Notes: generated by a model not told the origin, from the letters alone. A DNA stretch of 9,071 nucleotides from a virus (IMGVR_UViG_2654587570_000008); one strand, 5' to 3'. Shown: positions 1 through 5,748, counted from the first letter of the stretch. Program-made: numbers and translations.

Positions 1-888
1 ATGCCACTGCTGGATAAGCTGCGTGAGCAGTACGGGGTCGGACCGGTATGCAGTGAACTGCATATTGCCCCGTCAACGTATTACCACTGTCAGCAACAGC
101 GACATCATCCTGATAAACGCAGTGCCCGTGCTCAGCGCGATGACTGGCTGAAGAGAGAGATACAGCGCGTATACGATGAAAATCATCAGGTGTACGGTGT
201 GCGTAAAGTCTGGCGCCAGTTGTTACGCGAAGGTATCAGGGTGGCCAGATGTACAGTGGCGCGCCTCATGGCGGTTATGGGACTTGCCGGTGTTCTCCGG
301 GGTAAAAAGGTCCGTACTACCGTCAGCCGGAAAGCCGTTTCCGCATGCGACCGCGTAAACCGTCAGTTCGTGGCAGAACGTCCAGACCAGTTGTGGGTGG
401 CTGATTTTACCTGGGTAAGCACATGGCAGGGCTTCGTTTATGTGGCGTTCATCATTGATGTGTTCGCCGGATACATCGTGGGATGGCAGGTCTCATCATC
501 CATGGAAACAACATTCGTGCTGGATGCACTGGAGCAGGCGTTGTGGGCCCGTCGGCCGTCCGGCACAATCCATCACAGTGATAAAGGTTCTCAGTATGTA
601 TCGCTGGCCTACACGCAGCGGCTTAAGGAAGCCGGATTACTGGCATCAACAGGGAGTACTGGCGACTCGTATGACAACGCGATGGCGGAGAGCATCAATG
701 GTCTTTACAAAGCGGAGGTAATACACCGTAAGAGCTGGAAAAACCGTGCAGAAGTGGAACTGGCCACACTCACGTGGGTGGACTGGTATAACAATCGACG
801 ATTGCTGGAAAGGCTGGGCCATACTCCCCCGGCAGAAGCAGAAAAAGCTTATTATGCTTCCATCGGAAACGATGATCTGGCAGCCTGA
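1..888 (+). CDS. IS3-family transposase OrfB (DDE catalytic subunit)
   Basis: 295-aa ORF running from the window edge. The translation shows the IS3-family integrase-core pattern: D in WVADFTW, D in HHSDKGSQY, E in YDNAMAESINGLYK with K seven residues later. orfA and the frameshift site would lie upstream of position 1. Exact IS name not determinable by eye. Confidence 0.85.
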   Translation: MPLLDKLREQYGVGPVCSELHIAPSTYYHCQQQRHHPDKRSARAQRDDWLKREIQRVYDENHQVYGVRKVWRQLLREGIRVARCTVARLMAVMGLAGVLRGKKVRTTVSRKAVSACDRVNRQFVAERPDQLWVADFTWVSTWQGFVYVAFIIDVFAGYIVGWQVSSSMETTFVLDALEQALWARRPSGTIHHSDKGSQYVSLAYTQRLKEAGLLASTGSTGDSYDNAMAESINGLYKAEVIHRKSWKNRAEVELATLTWVDWYNNRRLLERLGHTPPAEAEKAYYASIGNDDLAA

Positions 889-893
889 GTTCA
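1..893 (+). mobile_element. 3' portion of an IS3-family insertion sequence; right terminus is approximate
   Basis: Contains orfB. IS3-family elements end within a few tens of bp of the orfB stop, usually in ...CA; the first ...TTCA after the stop is at 890-893. The true end could be up to about 60 bp further right, and no partner inverted repeat is available in the window. Confidence 0.55.
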
Positions 894-1312
894 CAGATAA
901 AACACTCTCCAGGAAACCCGGGGCGGTTCAGGCCGCCGGTCGTTATATTCGTTCGCATGAAGCCGTTCAGCACATCAGCATCCGCGACCGGCTGAATGAT
1001 TTTATGCAGCAGCACGGCACAGTACTGGCGGCCGCACTGGCACCGGAGCTGATGGGCTACAGTGAGCTGACGGCCATTGCCCGAAACTGTGCCATACAGC
1101 GTGCCACAGATGCCCTGCGTGAAGCCCTCCTGTCCTGGCTTGCGAAGGGTGAAAAAATTAATTATTCCGCACAGGATAGCGACATTTTAACGGCCATTGG
1201 ATTCAGACCTGACGCGGCTTCGGTGGATGACAGCCGTGAAAAATTCACCCCTGCGCAGAACATGATTTTTTCGCGTAAAAGTGCGCAACTGGCATCACGT
1301 CAGTCTGTGTAA
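894..1312 (+). pseudogene. 5'-truncated remnant of an unknown protein-coding gene, apparently interrupted by the IS3-family element
   Basis: The frame is open from 746 to the TAA at 1310-1312, but its first ~140 nt overlap orfB inside the IS in a different frame. No ATG with a Shine-Dalgarno follows the IS end. Composition is host-like (about 50% G+C by eye). Product not recognised. Confidence 0.35.
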
Positions 1313-1342
1313 AATTCCCCGAAAATCCGCCCGTTTTTACTG

Positions 1343-1376
1343 AAAAAAGCCATGCATCGATAAGGTGCATGGCTTT
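1343..1376. terminator. Candidate bidirectional intrinsic terminator
   Basis: Perfect 9-bp stem AGCCATGCA (1348-1356) / TGCATGGCT (1366-1374) with a 9-nt loop. It is preceded by A6 (1343-1348), giving U6 after the hairpin on the minus strand, and followed by TTT on the plus strand. It lies 35 nt after the stop at 1312. Confidence 0.4.
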
Positions 1377-1403
1377 GCATGCGTTTCCCTGCCTCATTTT
1401 CTG

Positions 1404-1431
1404 CAGACCGCGCCATTCCCGGCGCGGTCTG
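1404..1431. other. Perfect 11-bp GC-rich stem-loop with no adjacent T-tract
   Basis: CAGACCGCGCC (1404-1414) / GGCGCGGTCTG (1421-1431) with loop ATTCCC, inside a GC-rich ORF-free spacer. Function unknown (RNA stabiliser or protein-binding palindrome). Confidence 0.3.
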
Positions 1432-1702
1432 AGCGTGTCAGTGCAACTGCATTAAAACCGCCCCGCAAAGCGGGCGGGCGAGGCGGGGAAAGCACTGCGC
1501 GCCCGGTTGGTGCTCGTTACTAATGTTTTTTGCGCCCGAGCACCGTCGGGAAGGGGCTGGGGGGGGATAGGGGAGGTGCCTGACGTCGCGCGGTAATGTT
1601 GGTAAGTGTGCCGCTGATGGCTTCTGAGGGGAGTGGTAAATAGCCGCCTTTCGACGGTGTAGTGGGGAGAGTATTGCTTACAAACGTAATGAAATTGTTT
1701 GA

Positions 1703-1757
1703 GTAGCTAGGCTACTGCATAGGATTATTTTGTTCTGTTAATATATCCGTTAATATA
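1703..1757 (+). promoter_or_regulatory. Putative promoter/operator region of the two-gene cassette
   Basis: AT-rich block 30-80 bp upstream of the start at 1786/1792. Contains the palindrome GTAGC-TAG-GCTAC (1703-1715), two copies of GTTAATATA (1737-1745, 1749-1757) and weak sigma70-like hexamers (TTGTTC 1730-1735, TAATAT 1751-1756). Spacing is suboptimal, so this is a region call, not a mapped promoter. Confidence 0.3.
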
Positions 1758-1785
1758 GATAGATTGATCCAATTGAGTTTAAGGA

Positions 1786-2175
1786 ATGAGTATGTTTCAG
1801 ATATCAGCTGGAGTGTTCTTTGATTTAGATAAAATAGAAAAACACGATGGCACATTTGTTTTTTATTCAAATGTTGATGTGTCTTTCTCGGTGGAAAACA
1901 CCTCCCCTCTTTTTAAAGCAAATAAAATAAGTCATGATGGTATAAACTGTTATGTGGTAAACTATACTCTCCTGACCGAAAAACCAGAACGAATTGAAGC
2001 TGGAGTCGTAGTTAGGGCTGGTGATGAGGATTATAGGCAACAATTTATTTTATTATGGGAATTCTATTTTGATTGTGTGGCTAGAGTAGAAAAAGAATCG
2101 GTTAAAAAATATGTGCATTATCAAATTTTAATAAACATCACTCAAAAATTGCGCTTGAAGTTGCCCCATATTTAG
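1786..2175 (+). CDS. Hypothetical protein, 129 aa (cassette gene A); start may be the ATG at 1792
   Basis: ORF with an AAGGA Shine-Dalgarno at 1781-1785, better spaced for the ATG at 1792. Strongly AT-rich codon usage. Its TAG stop (2173-2175) shares one base with the GTG start of the next ORF. No recognisable motif or transmembrane segment. Confidence 0.6.
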   Translation: MSMFQISAGVFFDLDKIEKHDGTFVFYSNVDVSFSVENTSPLFKANKISHDGINCYVVNYTLLTEKPERIEAGVVVRAGDEDYRQQFILLWEFYFDCVARVEKESVKKYVHYQILINITQKLRLKLPHI

Positions 2176-3494
2176 TGGAGATTAACCGAAGAGTTTCATT
2201 TGATGATGTCTCTGGGTTTTCTGCTTTTATTAAAGATGTAGTGAATCTAAATAGATCTGCCTTTAAATCTTTAATGGCAGCGTTAAAAATAATTAGTGAT
2301 TCAAAAGAATCATTGTCAACCAACTTTGACCTGACTTATTCCATGTTAGTCTATGCCTTGGAGTCTTTGTCTCAAAGAAATGATAACTATAAGTCTGATT
2401 GGGATGACTACGATCAAAAAACCAGAGGTGAATTAGAGTCTGTATTTGAGCATATGCCTGGTGAGGATGTTTGTAAAATTAAATCAATACTTATTGAAGG
2501 CAAACAATTCAGATTACAAAAAAGGTTCAAAGATTTTATACTGAAAAATCTTGAAGAAAATTATTTCAATGAAACAGAGAGATATCCAATCCGCTATAGC
2601 TTCCTTAGTAGAGCTTTAGATAATTTATACAAAATCAGGTCTTCTTTTGTCCATGAGCTTAAGCCACTTGATGCAATGATCTCGAAAGCCTACAATCCTG
2701 TTGGTGATTGTCTGGTTCTTTTTGGCGAACCTCACTTCAGTTACTCTGGATTGCTTCGACTTCTTCGCCATGTGATAATAAATTTTTGCCGTAAAAACTA
2801 CAGTCAAAAAAGAGAGTATGTTAATTGGGTGATGGAAACATCGGGTGTAATGGTTGCAGAGATATCTGCACAATATTGGCTCTGGAATGCAGACGGATTT
2901 ACAGCTAAAAGTATAGCGAAGTGGTTTAGTGAATACCTAAATATGTTAAATTTAGGCGAAGTCACTGATTTGCAGTCTATCATGGACAAAATTGAGATAA
3001 TCTATGACCAATCCAAAAAAGAATATAAAAATGGGTTGTTGTATTTTTATTTCTTATATAACTTAATGCATAATGGAAATAAGGGTGAATGGCTTGAGTT
3101 TGCGAACAAGCGAAGTTCTATACTTGTTTGTGATATATATTGGTATTCATGCTCTCCATATTTATATAAATCATTTACTAATGTTTCAAATGGTATTGCT
3201 GATATAAAAACATTGAGAAACTTTTTGTCTTGTTTTAACGAATATGATAAAAATAAATTTAAGCCAAATCGTTTAAATCTCCCTGCAATGACCGAAGTAA
3301 TTATGTTGGCTTGCGCAGCAAATTCATTCTTCAGAATTGGAATGTATCAAGACTATGTTTTAATGGGCAATAGAGCGATGAGAGAAATTGCTTCAGTAAA
3401 AGATGTATTTTATTATATAAAAGAACGATTAAGTAATTCACAACTTATTGAATTGGACGAGTGCTTGAGATTGTATAGAAAAAAGGGGGGCTAA
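2175..3494 (+). CDS. Hypothetical protein, 439 aa (cassette gene B); possible HEPN-like Rx4H motif, unverified
   Basis: Long uninterrupted ORF in AT-rich DNA. It starts with GTG overlapping the upstream stop (TAGTG) and its stop TAA (3492-3494) overlaps the integrase stop. Contains R-SSFV-H at residues 155-160 (nt 2637-2654). No Walker A motif or transmembrane helix seen. Confidence 0.65.
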   Translation: MEINRRVSFDDVSGFSAFIKDVVNLNRSAFKSLMAALKIISDSKESLSTNFDLTYSMLVYALESLSQRNDNYKSDWDDYDQKTRGELESVFEHMPGEDVCKIKSILIEGKQFRLQKRFKDFILKNLEENYFNETERYPIRYSFLSRALDNLYKIRSSFVHELKPLDAMISKAYNPVGDCLVLFGEPHFSYSGLLRLLRHVIINFCRKNYSQKREYVNWVMETSGVMVAEISAQYWLWNADGFTAKSIAKWFSEYLNMLNLGEVTDLQSIMDKIEIIYDQSKKEYKNGLLYFYFLYNLMHNGNKGEWLEFANKRSSILVCDIYWYSCSPYLYKSFTNVSNGIADIKTLRNFLSCFNEYDKNKFKPNRLNLPAMTEVIMLACAANSFFRIGMYQDYVLMGNRAMREIASVKDVFYYIKERLSNSQLIELDECLRLYRKKGG

Positions 3495-3510
3495 CCCCTT
3501 TTATTTTTAA
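3483..3510. terminator. Candidate bidirectional terminator at the convergent gene ends
   Basis: Short GC stem GGGG (3487-3490) / CCCC (3495-3498) with loop CTAA, flanked by AAAA upstream and TTTTATTTTT downstream, so a U-tract follows the hairpin on both strands. The stem is short, so strength is doubtful. Confidence 0.35.
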
Positions 3511-4687
3511 CGTATTCACCCCACCAATCCATCAATTCAATTCGCTGCACGAGATAAGTAGAACGATTGTATGCTTTTCTAACTTCATTTTTATCACTGT
3601 GGGCTAAGGCAGACTCGATAACATCAGGATTTAATCCAGCTTCATTCATGGCTGTACTTGCTATTGAACGTAATCCATGGGCAACTAATTTTCCGCCAAA
3701 ACCAATACGTTTTAAAGCTGCATTTGCAGTCTGACTGTTCATTGGTTTCTTTGGGTCATTCCGACTCGGAAAAACATATTCACGATGAGCACTAATAGGC
3801 TTCATCACATTAAGAATCTCTAATGCCTGAGATGATAGAGGAATTATGTGTTCCCGTTTAGCCTTCATCCGTTCGGCAGGAATCGTCCAGAGCTTTGCAT
3901 GAAGATCGATTTCTTCCCACCGAGTACTGGAGGCTTCAGAAGGGCGCACAAGAGTCAGGAGTTGCCATTCAATTAGACAGCGAGTCGGGATAGACAGATT
4001 TGACATGACTAAAGAACGCATCAGCTTTGGTAATTCTTCAGGTCGAAGCGTCGGCATGTTTTGTTTTTTTGGCTTTTCGAAGGCCATGCCAACACCTGAT
4101 GCTGGGTTTGCATCAATCAAGCCAGTGTTAACCGCATAAATCATTATTTCGTTAATGCGTTGCACCAGACGACGTACAGTCTCTAATGCCCCACGAGCTT
4201 TGACTGGCTCAAGTGCTTCGACCAATGTTCTAGCTTTGATCTGCTGAACGGGCATCTCACCAACGGCGGGGAATACATCTTTTTCCAATGAGCGCCAAAT
4301 ATCTTTTGCATAATCAGGGGTAACACTTTTGCTTTTGAGCTGAAACCAATTAGCGGCGACCGTCGAGAAAATACTGTCCTGTGCGATTTGCTGCTGTTCC
4401 TCTGCAATTTCAGCTTGAATTTGCGGGTCAATTCCGTTGGCTAACAAGGAAAGGTAATCCGCTCTTAAGCGTCGGGCGTCAGCAAGTGAAAGGGCTGGGA
4501 AGGCTCCTAGCCCCATCATTGTCCGTTGCTTTGTTGCCGGACGTTGATAACGGAAACGCCATAACTTCTTACCGTTCGTTTTAACGAGTAGAAAAAGACC
4601 ATCGCCATCATGCAACGTTAGATCCTTTTCTAACGCTTTAGCGCGCAGTACTTCTGTGTTGGTCAGGGGGCGTGTCGTTCTTGCCAA
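3491..4687 (-). CDS. intA: P4-type (IntA-like) tyrosine integrase, site-specific recombinase
   Basis: 398-aa ORF. The N-terminus MARTTRPLT...DGDGLFLLV...KLWRFRY is typical of P4-family integrases, and the C-terminal catalytic region carries AHGLRSIAST (H-x-x-R) and a terminal Tyr in NRSTYL. It sits directly downstream of a tmRNA 3'-end att core, as intA does next to ssrA in E. coli K-12 CP4-57. Start codon is TTG (4685-4687) with an AAGGAG Shine-Dalgarno 8 nt upstream. Confidence 0.9.
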   Translation of the reverse strand: MARTTRPLTNTEVLRAKALEKDLTLHDGDGLFLLVKTNGKKLWRFRYQRPATKQRTMMGLGAFPALSLADARRLRADYLSLLANGIDPQIQAEIAEEQQQIAQDSIFSTVAANWFQLKSKSVTPDYAKDIWRSLEKDVFPAVGEMPVQQIKARTLVEALEPVKARGALETVRRLVQRINEIMIYAVNTGLIDANPASGVGMAFEKPKKQNMPTLRPEELPKLMRSLVMSNLSIPTRCLIEWQLLTLVRPSEASSTRWEEIDLHAKLWTIPAERMKAKREHIIPLSSQALEILNVMKPISAHREYVFPSRNDPKKPMNSQTANAALKRIGFGGKLVAHGLRSIASTAMNEAGLNPDVIESALAHSDKNEVRKAYNRSTYLVQRIELMDWWGEYVKNKRG

Positions 4688-4706
4688 TTTGGCCGCTCCT
4701 TCATGA

Positions 4707-4760
4707 ATTGGTATACGCGTTTAGGTATACATCCTACCGTATACCTAAACGTATACCAAT
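4707..4760 (-). promoter_or_regulatory. Long near-perfect inverted repeat upstream of the integrase start (candidate operator or integrase-regulatory site)
   Basis: Left arm ATTGGTATACGCGTTTAGGTATAC (4707-4730) and right arm GTATACCTAAACGTATACCAAT (4739-4760) are reverse complements apart from a 2-nt indel. They carry four GTATAC palindromic cores and lie about 20 bp upstream of the integrase Shine-Dalgarno. Confidence 0.4.
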
Positions 4761-4802
4761 AATCACTGGATTTAGCTGGATATCCTCGGACAACGGTAGA
4801 CA

Positions 4803-4838
4803 CAAAAAAGCCCGCAGAGCTTGTGCTATGCGGGCTTT
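4803..4838 (-). terminator. Intrinsic terminator on the minus strand, downstream of the tmRNA-end remnant
   Basis: Perfect 8-bp stem AGCCCGCA (4809-4816) / TGCGGGCT (4829-4836) with a 12-nt loop. On the minus strand the hairpin is followed by U6 (complement of A 4804-4809). Confidence 0.5.
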
Positions 4839-4871
4839 CAGGATTTCTCCGGACGTATCCGGAAGAGCAAG

Positions 4872-4907
4872 TGGTGGAGCTGGCGGGAGTTGAACCCGTG
4901 TCTGAAA
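4872..4907 (-). other. Attachment-site remnant: 3'-terminal ~36 nt of a tmRNA (ssrA) gene, without the gene body
   Basis: The reverse complement of 4872-4898 reads CGGGTTCAACTCCCGCCAGCTCCACCA, the T-arm/acceptor 3' end of E. coli tmRNA as I recall it. Similarity continues with 2 mismatches to about 4907 and is then lost in AT-rich DNA, so this is a junction core, not an intact gene. Confidence 0.7.
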
Positions 4908-4936
4908 AATATTAACCTGTTGTTTTAATTATATAT

Positions 4937-5404
4937 TTATCTGAACATGGCGTTTGCGGCGCTTTTGCGTATCTTCTCTAGACCTTTTGTAGTCCATTTC
5001 TCTGGTACAGGTGTAAACCGTAGTGCAAAATCTGCCTCCATATTATCACCACTGAAACGTGCCACTCCACGTTCCAATTTTGTTTGCCAAGTGACTTTTT
5101 TAGTTTTACCCTCTATATCTTGATATTCAATAATTAATTTTGGACCAGTGAATGATGAAGAACCGACTAATTTAAGTCTATGTGAAAGATATGCTATATT
5201 CAATAGAATATCAATTGCCGCGGTTGGTACAAAAATGTTTTTTGACTTCTTATCTATACTATATGGTAACGAAAAATCAATATCGTAAGGTGTCGATAAA
5301 GTATTGTACATATATACTTTTCTTTCTTTTATTATTTTGAATATTCCATACTGGGAGTCGGTTGTAAAAGATTTATCTTCTTTTTTGAATTTTTTCGAAA
5401 ACAA
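4937..5404 (-). CDS. Hypothetical protein, 155 aa; probably the C-terminal part of a frameshifted membrane-anchored protein gene
   Basis: AT-rich ORF with no ATG (first start candidate is TTG at 5402-5404), lying 14 nt downstream of the preceding ORF in the -1 frame. No recognised domain. Confidence 0.45.
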   Translation of the reverse strand: MFSKKFKKEDKSFTTDSQYGIFKIIKERKVYMYNTLSTPYDIDFSLPYSIDKKSKNIFVPTAAIDILLNIAYLSHRLKLVGSSSFTGPKLIIEYQDIEGKTKKVTWQTKLERGVARFSGDNMEADFALRFTPVPEKWTTKGLEKIRKSAANAMFR

Positions 5405-5418
5405 CTCTAAATATAGAT

Positions 5419-5715
5419 TTATGTTTTTTTATAATTAAAATCCCAATGATATCTAAGTGAAATTGCCGCCCCCAATCCTATGTTTGAAAATTTTGTTTGT
5501 GGAAGCGTAGGGGCTTGTAAGATATCAACATGAAAACCGTTGAAATCGTTAACATTCATCTTGATATTTAAAGTGTCTATCACTAAATTGGGTTTATAAG
5601 AGAGCCTTCTTTGAAATATCGTTAACCATATTGCATATAATGCAGCAATTGCTGAAATGAAAGTACCAACTGAAGATATGTAGGTGATTAGTTTGTCGAA
5701 TGTAATTGTAATCAA
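5419..5715 (-). CDS. Hypothetical protein, 98 aa, with an N-terminal transmembrane helix; probably the N-terminal part of a frameshifted gene
   Basis: AT-rich ORF with a hydrophobic segment ITYISSVGTFISAIAALYAIWLTIF near the N-terminus. TTG start (5713-5715) preceded by GGGGA. Ends in TAA just after an A7 run on the coding strand (T7 at 5424-5430 on plus). Confidence 0.5.
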   Translation of the reverse strand: MITITFDKLITYISSVGTFISAIAALYAIWLTIFQRRLSYKPNLVIDTLNIKMNVNDFNGFHVDILQAPTLPQTKFSNIGLGAAISLRYHWDFNYKKT

Positions 5716-5720
5716 CTTTA

Positions 5721-5748
5721 AATCCCCGATTTTAAAAATGCGGGGATT
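5721..5748 (-). promoter_or_regulatory. Stem-loop immediately downstream of int that includes the Shine-Dalgarno of the next gene
   Basis: Perfect 8-bp stem AATCCCCG (5721-5728) / CGGGGATT (5741-5748) with a 12-nt AT-rich loop. It lies between the int stop (5757) and the downstream ORF start (5715); the GGGGA Shine-Dalgarno is part of the stem. Confidence 0.3.

Larger units (their letters stand above)
1786..4871. mobile_element. P4-type integrase-associated island segment (integrase plus AT-rich cargo); left boundary undefined
   Basis: A tyrosine integrase lies next to a tmRNA-3'-end att core, with compositionally foreign cargo convergent on it. The left limit is unknown and may have been removed by the IS3-family insertion. 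Confidence 0.5.

Noticed and set aside
176-1015. ORFs 176-358(+), 440-721(+), 646-894(-) and 770-1015(-)
   Set aside because: Fully nested within or antisense to the transposase orfB; shadow ORFs with no ribosome-binding site.
746-1312. The 188-aa ORF as an intact gene
   Set aside because: Its N-terminal ~47 codons lie inside the IS3-family element, overlapping orfB in another frame. Only the part downstream of the IS end is plausibly genic, and it is called a truncated remnant.
2138-2989. Minus-strand ORFs 2138-2323, 2625-2873 and 2804-2989
   Set aside because: Antisense to the long 439-aa ORF, short, and lacking Shine-Dalgarno sequences; typical antisense frames in AT-rich coding DNA.
1786-3494. 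Cassette genes A and B as a single gene joined by programmed -1 frameshifting
   Set aside because: No canonical slippery heptamer precedes the stop of gene A, and gene B has its own GTG start overlapping the stop. Two coupled genes is the simpler reading, though a fusion cannot be fully excluded without data.
4183-4893. ORFs 4183-4431(-), 4381-4584(+) and 4672-4893(+)
   Set aside because: The first two are nested in or antisense to the P4-type integrase. The third spans the int-att intergenic palindrome and terminator and has a low-complexity translation.
4872-5240. An intact tmRNA (ssrA) gene on the minus strand adjacent to the P4-type integrase
   Set aside because: Only about 36 nt at the 3' end match the tmRNA sequence from memory. 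Beyond 4907 the DNA is AT-rich and bears no resemblance to the tmRNA body, so this is an att core remnant, not a gene.
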